Part shown: positions 25,470 through 33,052 of the stretch, one piece after another
How positions within the stretch are numbered: position 1 is the first letter of the stretch
Layout of the letters: every line of letters begins with the position of its first letter
Source: Gemmatimonadota bacterium
Lineage (GTDB): Bacteria; Gemmatimonadota; Gemmatimonadetes; Gemmatimonadales; GWC2-71-9
Length of the DNA stretch: 64,000 bases
NCBI GenBank assembly: GCA_003222035.1
Contig: QHUS01000050.1
Span: forward strand, 43,064-107,063
Reading direction: 5' to 3'
The notes under the pieces: generated by a model
Told to the model about the DNA's origin: nothing
Database searches by the model: none
Seen by the model: the letters and a program-made list of their open reading frames with translations, nothing else
Translations under genes and position numbers: made by a program

Positions 25470-26081
25470 TCACGGGCCAGCCGGGGCCGTGGCGGGCCGG
25501 GCCCCATCCGACGCCAGGTCGAGCCGGGTCTCAACCATGTTGCGGTTTATCCACACCACGTGATCGCCGCACATGATCGCGTCCACAGGATAGGGCTGAG
25601 CGGCGAACGATGCGCCGTCCGAGCTCGCGACCTGTGTGCCCGGGAAGTAGTACCAGCACCGCTCGCCACCAGGGTGGCTATGGATCATCCCGACCGTGCC
25701 CACCCAGCCGGCGTCCTCGCAGGTCTGATGGGGCACCACGCGCGTCGCCGTCGAGTGCCCCGGTTCGACATCGGCGGGTGCGATGCGTCGCACGATGACG
25801 CTGCTCCACCGCACCTCCCCGATCATGCAGCCCATGAATTCCGTGGGATACGAACGGTACTGCAGGGCGAGATAGCGTCGCGCCTGCTCGGACAGTATCA
25901 GCGTGCGCACCGCAACGTCGGATGGACCATGGCTGGCCCGGCCTCCGGGGCCCGCCGCCCAGGCCGCGTCGGTCAGGCGACCGGACTCGGGTTGGAGCGC
26001 CATAACCCCGATCAGCGCCGTGGCCGTGACCGCGACGCGGATGACGCCTGCGCGAACCGAACGCTTCCCCACCGGTTTCAT
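25470..26081 (-). CDS. membrane-anchored JAB/MPN (JAMM-like) domain protein
   Basis: Internal ATG (codon 179). N-terminal TM helix VIRVAVTATALIGVMAL. EFMGCMIGE ... GMIHSHPGG ... SSD resembles the MPN+ metal site, with an insertion. Confidence 0.6.
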   Translation of the reverse strand: MKPVGKRSVRAGVIRVAVTATALIGVMALQPESGRLTDAAWAAGPGGRASHGPSDVAVRTLILSEQARRYLALQYRSYPTEFMGCMIGEVRWSSVIVRRIAPADVEPGHSTATRVVPHQTCEDAGWVGTVGMIHSHPGGERCWYYFPGTQVASSDGASFAAQPYPVDAIMCGDHVVWINRNMVETRLDLASDGARPATAPAGP

Positions 26082-26325
26082 GCTCCACGACACTGGACTG
26101 CGATGCTCCGGCGCAAGACGGGTGCCAACCGCGTTGCCCAAGAGTGGCGCCGGGACTCCCGGCGCGTGCACTTTCTTTGGGCGAGGGCCTGGCAAGTACG
26201 CTCGGGAAACCGGTAGAATCACCAAGTTGCACAGTTCGGGGAACCGCCGGGTGTTGCGTCGACAACGCAGCGCCGACCCTCCACCATGCCGCGGTTCGCT
26301 GGCGTCAGAACGGAGATTCCGGTCC

Positions 26326-27678
26326 TTGAGGGACGCAGACCTCGTCATTCTCGGTACGCGCGTGGTCACCCCGGAAGGGGTACGCCCGGCCGCGGTCGCG
26401 ATCGCCGGTGGCGTGATCACCGGCGTACACGAACACGGCGCCGCGCCCGACGCCTCTCGACGCCTCGACGTGAAGGATGCCATTGTCCTGCCCGGCGGCG
26501 TGGACCCACACGTGCACGTGAACGAGCCGGGGCGGACTGAATGGGAGGGATTCGAGACGGCCACGCGGGCCGGCGCCGCGGGTGGTGTCACCACCATCGT
26601 CGACATGCCGCTCAACAGCCTTCCCGTGACGACGACCGCAATCGCCTTGAAGGTGAAGGCCCGAGCGGCCGCGGGTCGCGCAACGGTCGATTACGCGTTC
26701 TGGGGTGGGGTCGTGCCGGGCAACGTCCAGCAGCTGGCGCCGCTCGCACGGGCCGGCGCGCGGGGATTCAAGTGCTTCCTCGTGCCGTCGGGCATCGACG
26801 AGTTCCCGCCGGTGACCGCGCGAGACCTGCGCCCCGCGATGGCGCAGATCGCCGAGTTGGGCCTTGCCCTGCTGGTCCACGCCGAGTTGCCCGGTCCGAT
26901 TCAACGGGCCGCCGCCTCCCGCGCCCCGGGCGACCCGCGTCGCTACGCGTCCTATCTGGCCTCACGTCCGGCAGCCGCCGAAGTCGAGGCCGTAGACCTG
27001 ATCTTGGACCTCTGTCGCGAGACAGGCTGTCGAGTCCACATTGTGCATGTTTCGGCGGCAGAGACACTGGAGCCGCTGCGCGCGGCCAAACGCGCCGGCC
27101 TGCCGGTCAGCGCGGAGACGTGCCCGCACTACCTCACGTTCGCCGCCGAGGAGATCGCCGATGGGGCCACCGCCTGGAAGTGCGCTCCGCCGATCCGCGA
27201 ACGGAGCAATCGGGACCGTTTGTGGGATGCGCTGGCCGACGGCACGCTCGACTTCGTGGCGAGCGACCACTCGCCTGCGCCTCCCGCCCTCAAGTGCCTC
27301 GACACGGGGGATTTCGTGCGGGCCTGGGGCGGCGTCGCGTCGCTCGAGCTGGCGCTCGCGGCGACGTGGAGTGGCGCGCGGCAACGTAGGCGCGACGTGC
27401 AGGACCTCGCGCGCTGGTGCGCCGAGCGCCCCGCGCGACTCGCGGGTTTCGGGCGCAAAGGTCGGATCGCCGCGGGCTGCGACGCCGATCTCGTGGTATT
27501 CGATCCCGACGGGCGGTTTGTCGTGGAGCCCGACCGGCTGCGCCAGCGCCACCCCGTAACGCCGTACGCGGGGATGACGCTCGCGGGGGTCGTGCGGCAG
27601 ACCTTCGTGCGGGGCGTGTGCGTGTACGACAGCGGGGCGTTTCCGGCGGGAAAGGTGGGGACGTGGGTCAAGCCATGA
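26326..27678 (+). CDS. allB: allantoinase
   Basis: TTG start gives MRDADLVILGTRVVTPEG. GGVDPHVHVNEPGRTEWEGF, GGVTT, GFKCFL, VHAE motifs of cyclic amidohydrolases/allantoinase. Confidence 0.9.
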   Translation: MRDADLVILGTRVVTPEGVRPAAVAIAGGVITGVHEHGAAPDASRRLDVKDAIVLPGGVDPHVHVNEPGRTEWEGFETATRAGAAGGVTTIVDMPLNSLPVTTTAIALKVKARAAAGRATVDYAFWGGVVPGNVQQLAPLARAGARGFKCFLVPSGIDEFPPVTARDLRPAMAQIAELGLALLVHAELPGPIQRAAASRAPGDPRRYASYLASRPAAAEVEAVDLILDLCRETGCRVHIVHVSAAETLEPLRAAKRAGLPVSAETCPHYLTFAAEEIADGATAWKCAPPIRERSNRDRLWDALADGTLDFVASDHSPAPPALKCLDTGDFVRAWGGVASLELALAATWSGARQRRRDVQDLARWCAERPARLAGFGRKGRIAAGCDADLVVFDPDGRFVVEPDRLRQRHPVTPYAGMTLAGVVRQTFVRGVCVYDSGAFPAGKVGTWVKP

Positions 27679-28667
27679 TGCACGAGGGTCTGATCGATCT
27701 CGCCTCGTCCCGCCTGGGCGGACGGGCGCTCGTGGCGTCGGACGAATTCTTCGCACCCAAAACGAACCTGCTCACGCCCGGGCCTGCCGTGTTCATCGAG
27801 GGCAAGTACACGGATCGGGGGAAGTGGATGGACGGGTGGGAGACGCGGCGCAAGCGCGGGCCGGAGGGTGGATTCGACTGGTGCATCGTCGAGCTCGGCA
27901 TTGCGGGCACGATCCGCGCGATTACCGTGGACACGACCTACTTTCGCGGCAACCACCCGGCGGCCTGCTCGCTCGACATCGCGGAGCTCGAGGGCTCGCC
28001 CGGGCCCGCCCGGCTGCGCGTGCTGGACCAGGCGTTCGCGGAGCTGCTGCCACGCGCGCCGCTCGCCGGTCACACGGAGAATCAGATCCCGATCGAGCGA
28101 GGCGCTCGGGCCACGCATGTCCGTTTCAAGATCTATCCCGACGGCGGGGTGGCGCGGTTACGCATCTGGGGCGACGCCCGGCCCGATTGGCGGCGCATCG
28201 GAGCGCAGCGCGTCATCGATCTCGTCGCGGTCCAGCACGGCGGGGTGCCACTCGCCACCAGTGATCAGTTCTTCAGCGAGCCGCTGAACCTGATCATGCC
28301 GGGGAGGTCCCGCAACATGAGCGACGGGTGGGAGACGCGGCGGCGGCGGGGGCCGGGACACGACTGGGTCGTGCTGCGGCTTGGCCGGCGCGGCGTGGTC
28401 GAGCGGGTCGAGCTCGATACGACCCACTTCAAGGGCAATTTCCCCGAGAGCGCGAGCCTCGAAGGGTGCGAGACGGCGGCCCCGGGCGCGCCCGGCCAGG
28501 AGGCGGTGTGGGCCGACCTGGTGCCGCGGACCACGCTGCGAGCGAATGCCCGGCACCGCTTCCCGGTCGCCGCTCCGGCCCGGCGCCCCGTCACCCACAT
28601 CCGGCTGAACATCTACCCTGATGGGGGAGTCGCGCGGTTGCGGGTGTGGGGCAAAGTCGCCGAGTGA
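27675..28667 (+). CDS. alc: allantoicase
   Basis: ATGA overlap with allB. Duplicated module SDEFFA...GKWMDGWETRRKR...YFRGNHP and SDQFFS...MSDGWETRRRR...HFKGNFP, IYPDGGVARLR x2. Confidence 0.9.
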   Translation: MMHEGLIDLASSRLGGRALVASDEFFAPKTNLLTPGPAVFIEGKYTDRGKWMDGWETRRKRGPEGGFDWCIVELGIAGTIRAITVDTTYFRGNHPAACSLDIAELEGSPGPARLRVLDQAFAELLPRAPLAGHTENQIPIERGARATHVRFKIYPDGGVARLRIWGDARPDWRRIGAQRVIDLVAVQHGGVPLATSDQFFSEPLNLIMPGRSRNMSDGWETRRRRGPGHDWVVLRLGRRGVVERVELDTTHFKGNFPESASLEGCETAAPGAPGQEAVWADLVPRTTLRANARHRFPVAAPARRPVTHIRLNIYPDGGVARLRVWGKVAE

Positions 28668-28670
28668 AGG

Positions 28671-29162
28671 ATGAGCGACCCGGTCTCCGCGTATCTCAAT
28701 TCACTTCCGGCGATCAAGGCACGCGCCGAGCTGAGTCGCTGCTGCGGCGCGCGACTCTGGGTGGATGCGATGATCGAGGCCCGGCCCTTCGCCGGGGATA
28801 CGGAGCTGTTCGGGGTCGCGGAGCGGGTGTGGTGGGGGCTGGGGCGAGCGGACTGGCTCGAGGCGTTCGCCGCGCATCCCCGCATCGGTGACAGCGTTTC
28901 GACCGACTGGACGCGCCGCGAGCAGGCCGGGGTGGACGGCGCCCCAGCGGCGACCCTCTCGGCCCTGGCGCGGCATACCGCCGTGTACGAGCAACGGTTT
29001 GGGCATGTGTTCCTGATCTGCGCCATGGGCAGAACGGCCGACGAAATGCTCGACGCGCTACGCCACCGTCTTACGAACGATCCAACGACGGAGCTCCGGA
29101 TCGCGGCGGCCGAGCAGGCCAAGATCACCCGGCTCCGGCTCGACAAACTGGTGGCACCATGA
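28671..29162 (+). CDS. uraD: 2-oxo-4-hydroxy-4-carboxy-5-ureidoimidazoline (OHCU) decarboxylase
   Basis: AFAAHPRIGD, YEQRFGHVFLICAMGRTADEML, ELRIAAAEQAKITRLRL. Confidence 0.9.
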   Translation: MSDPVSAYLNSLPAIKARAELSRCCGARLWVDAMIEARPFAGDTELFGVAERVWWGLGRADWLEAFAAHPRIGDSVSTDWTRREQAGVDGAPAATLSALARHTAVYEQRFGHVFLICAMGRTADEMLDALRHRLTNDPTTELRIAAAEQAKITRLRLDKLVAP

Positions 29163-29497
29163 GCGGCATCACGACCCATATCCTCGATCTGTCGCGGGGC
29201 CGTCCCGCCGGCGGCGTCGCTGTCTCGCTGGCCCGCCGCTCGGGCGACGGCTGGTCCGAGCTTGGCGGGGCGCGAACCGACGCCAACGGTCGCGTCCCAA
29301 ACCTGCTGTCGGGCGATACCAAGGCGTCGCCGGGCACCTACCGCCTCCGCTGCGAGACGGGAGCCTACTTCTCGTCCCAGGGTGTCGCGTCGTTCCATCC
29401 CCTGGTCGAGATCGTGTTCGAAGTGCGCGACGGGGAGGACTACCACGTTCCCCTGCTCGTGAGCCCGTTCGGTTACACCACCTACCGCGGCAGCTAG
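29159..29497 (+). CDS. uraH: 5-hydroxyisourate hydrolase (transthyretin-like)
   Basis: ATGA overlap. ITTHILD, HVPLLVSPFGYTTYRGS C-terminal signature. Confidence 0.92.
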   Translation: MSGITTHILDLSRGRPAGGVAVSLARRSGDGWSELGGARTDANGRVPNLLSGDTKASPGTYRLRCETGAYFSSQGVASFHPLVEIVFEVRDGEDYHVPLLVSPFGYTTYRGS

Positions 29498-29500
29498 TCG

Positions 29501-30703
29501 TTGAGCGCGCATCTCGAGGAGTGGCTCAACCTGGCGCTGCGCTGGGCCCACGTCATCACGGGCGTCGCGTGGATCGGCACGTCCTTTTACTTCAACTGGC
29601 TGAACGGCCGCCTCGAGCCGCCGGGCAAGCCCGAGTTCGGCGTCGCAGGCGAGCTGTGGTCCGTGCACGGCGGCGGGTTCTATCGCGTCGTGAAGTACAC
29701 GGTCGCTCCCGGCGAGCTGCCCCGCACGCTGCATTGGTTCAAGTGGGAGGCGTACGCCACCTGGCTCACCGGCCTTGGGCTGCTGGTGCTGGTCTACTAT
29801 CTGAGTGCGGCGTCGTTTTTGGTGCCGTCGGAGGGCGCCCCCGCCCGCCCGTCCGCCGGCGCGGCAATCGCCCTGGGCGTTGGCACGCTGGTCGTCAGCT
29901 GGCTCGTGTACGACGCGCTGTGCCGCTCGCCGCTCGCCAGCCGGCCGCTCGTGCTAGGGGCGACGCTCCTGTCGCTTGGCACGGCACTAGCGTGGGAACT
30001 CAGCCGGCTGCTGAGCGCACGCGCCGCTTACATCCACGTCGGTGCCGCGATTGGCACGATCATGGCGGCCAACGTGCTCATGGTGATCATCCCCGCGCAG
30101 CAGGAGATGGTCGCCGCACTCAGGGCCGGTCGCACTCCCGACGCGGCGCGCGGCAAGCAGGGCGCGCTGCGCTCGTTGCACAACAATTATCTCACGCTTC
30201 CGGTGCTGTTCATCATGGTGAGCAGCCACTACCCCGGGACCTACGGTCATCCGCTGAACTGGGCGATTCTGGCGGGGCTCGCCTTGGTCGGCGTGATGAC
30301 GCGGCACTGGTTCAACCTCCGGAACCAGGGGCGGGGACGGCAGAACGTGTGGTTGCTGCCGGCGGCGGCGTGTGGGCTCGTGGCGCTCGCTCTGGTCACC
30401 GCGCCGCGTGTTCCCCGGGGGCGTGCGAACGGGACTGACGCCGCGTCGTTTGCCGACGTGCGCGTGATCGTGGCGCGCCGCTGCGCCGCGTGTCATTCCA
30501 GCGCGCCCACCGCTCCGGGAATCCCGGCTGCCCCCTTGGGTGTCTTGCTCGACACGCCCGATCAGATCCGCGCCAACGCGCCGCGCATCCTGGCCGCGGC
30601 CGTTGACGCCCAAACGATGCCGCTCGGCAACCTGACGGGGATGACACCGGAGGAGCGAGAGCTCCTCGGACGGTGGATTCGGGGTGGAGCGAATCTTCCG
30701 TAG
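29501..30703 (+). CDS. puuD: urate hydroxylase PuuD (membrane cytochrome c urate oxidase)
   Basis: TTG start. N-terminal WAHVITGVAWIGTSFYFNWL, multiple TM helices, C-terminal cytochrome c site CAACHS. Confidence 0.85.
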   Translation: MSAHLEEWLNLALRWAHVITGVAWIGTSFYFNWLNGRLEPPGKPEFGVAGELWSVHGGGFYRVVKYTVAPGELPRTLHWFKWEAYATWLTGLGLLVLVYYLSAASFLVPSEGAPARPSAGAAIALGVGTLVVSWLVYDALCRSPLASRPLVLGATLLSLGTALAWELSRLLSARAAYIHVGAAIGTIMAANVLMVIIPAQQEMVAALRAGRTPDAARGKQGALRSLHNNYLTLPVLFIMVSSHYPGTYGHPLNWAILAGLALVGVMTRHWFNLRNQGRGRQNVWLLPAAACGLVALALVTAPRVPRGRANGTDAASFADVRVIVARRCAACHSSAPTAPGIPAAPLGVLLDTPDQIRANAPRILAAAVDAQTMPLGNLTGMTPEERELLGRWIRGGANLP

Positions 30704-30717
30704 TTACGCTTCGGTTC

Positions 30718-31755
30718 TCACCGGCTGACTGCACCGCAGTCGATGGCCCGCTGCAGTAAGGACGCACGCATGCGGCTGGCTGCTGGATCCTCGAGTACGC
30801 CTCCGCCTGGTGCGGCCGAATCCAACCACTCGCCGAAGAACGTGTACACTGCCGCGTAGCGGGTCACGAGCTGACCAGGGTGCAAGTCCCATCCGTGATA
30901 GAACCCGCTCGCGAGCGAGTGCCGCACGTCGTCGTAGTGCAGCTGCCAGGCGCGGCGGACGTTCTCGCGCGGCGGGACGGGCAACACGTTCGTCGAGCCC
31001 GCAGACAGCTCGACCCCGGTCCCCGCGAGCGCTACCTGCATGACCTGCCGCGCGTGATCGCACGCCGGATGGCGCAGGCCGTGCTGCGCGGGAGCGATGC
31101 CCAGCGCGGACGAGTAGTCGTACACGCCGAAATGCGCGCCCCGGCAGCGGCCGCGGGCCGCGGCGACGAACTCGGGGAGCGGGCAGCGGCCGTCGGTGCC
31201 CATGATCGCCAGCGGGGTCTCGACCATCAGCTCGAGCGCGAGGGCTTTGGAGTCGAGGTGCAGCCGGGCCTCGAGTCCCTCGAGTACGTGGACCAGGGCG
31301 GTGACTTCGTCGGCGCTCGCCACCTTCGGCAACGTCACCACGAACTGGGCGGGGAGCGTGCCCCCGCTTCCCTCGAGGATCGAGCGCAGCAAGAGCTCGA
31401 GCGTGCGCTCCGCCCGCGCAGGCTTGACGCGAAGCCCGACGAACGGCGGCAGATTTCCCAGCGCCATCGCGGCAGCAACCTCGGCGCCCGCCGCCCGGGC
31501 AGTCGCGTCCTCCTCGTAGCCCGTGTGCTCGCCGTAACCGTCCTCGAAGTCGATCCGCAGGTCCTCGATCGGCTCGCGCTCGAGCTTGTCGCGCACGCGC
31601 GACCAGATGTCCTCCGCCGCGAGAGTCTGCGCGTCGGACGCGTAGTCGGCCAGGACCTGGAGGGCGACCTTGCCCCATTCGGCCGCCGACCCCGCCTGAA
31701 ACAGGTGAGCGCCGACGTACGCCGTGTGGACGGGCCGGCGCGCCGGAGGCGCCAT
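30718..31755 (-). CDS. HpcH/HpaI aldolase / citrate-lyase beta (CitE)-like family protein
   Basis: LRIDFEDGYG resembles the CitE/malyl-CoA-lyase D-x-E-D motif, with a TIM-barrel-like alternation. 2 nt after the xdh FAD subunit stop, same strand. Confidence 0.55.
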   Translation of the reverse strand: MAPPARRPVHTAYVGAHLFQAGSAAEWGKVALQVLADYASDAQTLAAEDIWSRVRDKLEREPIEDLRIDFEDGYGEHTGYEEDATARAAGAEVAAAMALGNLPPFVGLRVKPARAERTLELLLRSILEGSGGTLPAQFVVTLPKVASADEVTALVHVLEGLEARLHLDSKALALELMVETPLAIMGTDGRCPLPEFVAAARGRCRGAHFGVYDYSSALGIAPAQHGLRHPACDHARQVMQVALAGTGVELSAGSTNVLPVPPRENVRRAWQLHYDDVRHSLASGFYHGWDLHPGQLVTRYAAVYTFFGEWLDSAAPGGGVLEDPAASRMRASLLQRAIDCGAVSR

Positions 31756-31757
31756 GT

Positions 31758-32582
31758 CTACTTTCCCCAGAAATCCCGTAGATCGTGATACAGTAGGCGG
31801 GCCATCACGCGCGTGCGGTAGTGAGCGGTCGAACGGATGTCATCGATGGGAGCGACGTCCTGCGCGATCGCGGGGAGGAGATCGCTCGGGGACGCGACAG
31901 CGGCGCCAGTTTCGAGCAGCCGCTCGACCGTGGGACAGCGCCGGATCGTGGGGGCCACGCTCGCCGCCACCACGCGCCACCCCGCGTCCGACCGGGTGAC
32001 GGCGAGCCCGACCTTGGCAATCGCCTGGGCGCGGCGCGAGCCGACTTTCTCGAACACTTGATACGAGTAGCGCCGCCGTGGCACGTGGATCGCCACGATC
32101 AACTCGTCGGGGCGGCGCCGCATCTGCTTGTAGCCCGAATAGAAGCGGTCGAGCGGAACCTGCTCGCGGCCACGCCGCGACTCGAGCACCACGATAGCGT
32201 CGTACGCCATCAGGACAGGAACACCGTCCGCGGCGGGTGACGCGTTGACGATGTTTCCGGCCCAGGTGCCACGTGCCTGGATCTGAATCGCGCCCACCTG
32301 GCGGGCCGCGTCCACGAGGAGCGGGAATTCCTCGCGCGTGCGCTCGTCCCTGATGACGTCCCAGTACGTGGTGAGCCCACCGAGCACCAGCATGTCAGCC
32401 GTCCAGGAGAGGGGCTTGAGCGCCTCGAGCCGTGACAGGTCCACGAACGTGTGCTGGTGTGCCTCGGGCCGGACATGCCAATGCACCATGAGATCCGTGC
32501 CGCCCGCCATGGGAACGGCGTCACCGTTCTGCGACAGGAGCTCGAGCGCCTGGGGCAGGGTGTCGGGGAGCAGAACGTTCAC
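31758..32582 (-). CDS. xanthine dehydrogenase family FAD-binding subunit
   Basis: AGGTDLMV FAD-binding motif, 274 aa CoxM/XdhB-like. 4-nt overlap with the 2Fe-2S gene. Confidence 0.85.
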   Translation of the reverse strand: MNVLLPDTLPQALELLSQNGDAVPMAGGTDLMVHWHVRPEAHQHTFVDLSRLEALKPLSWTADMLVLGGLTTYWDVIRDERTREEFPLLVDAARQVGAIQIQARGTWAGNIVNASPAADGVPVLMAYDAIVVLESRRGREQVPLDRFYSGYKQMRRRPDELIVAIHVPRRRYSYQVFEKVGSRRAQAIAKVGLAVTRSDAGWRVVAASVAPTIRRCPTVERLLETGAAVASPSDLLPAIAQDVAPIDDIRSTAHYRTRVMARLLYHDLRDFWGK

Positions 32583-33052
32583 CGTTTGCGGTTCTCCCTT
32601 CCCTCGCCCCCGACTGCCTCAGTCACGGCATCGATAATCCCGTCGTATCCGGTACAGCGGCACAAGTTGCCTGCCATCAGCTCCCGCACCGTGTGCGAGC
32701 CGAGCAAATCCGGATGCTCCCGAATCCACCACGCCGTCATCACGACGCCGGGGGTGCAGGCTCCGCACTGCGTTGCGCCGCAGCGCTCGAACGCTGCGAG
32801 CGACCTTGCGTCCAGGGATTCGATCGTTTCCACGCGACGGCCCGTCATCTGAAAGGTGGGGACGAGGCACGAGTCCACCGGCAGGCCGTCGAGGTATACG
32901 GTGCATGCGCCGCACTCCCCTTCGCCGCAGCCTTCTTTCGTGCCGGTGAGGCCCAGCTGATAGCGGAGCGTGTCGAGGAGGCGGTCGGCGGGAGCCACGT
33001 CCAACGACACGGGCTTCCCGTTGAGAGTGAAAGCGACGGTGAGGGTCGTCAT
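32579..33052 (-). CDS. xanthine dehydrogenase family (2Fe-2S)-binding small subunit
   Basis: CGEGECGACTV and CGATQCGACTPG...GNLCRCTGY cluster motifs. Confidence 0.9.
   Translation of the reverse strand: MTTLTVAFTLNGKPVSLDVAPADRLLDTLRYQLGLTGTKEGCGEGECGACTVYLDGLPVDSCLVPTFQMTGRRVETIESLDARSLAAFERCGATQCGACTPGVVMTAWWIREHPDLLGSHTVRELMAGNLCRCTGYDGIIDAVTEAVGGEGRENRKR

Noticed and set aside
26240-26262. Apparent palindrome gttgcgtcgacaacgcagc upstream of allB as an operator
   Set aside because: Only the central GTCGAC and 4-nt arms (tgcg/cgca) are actually complementary, which is too weak to call.
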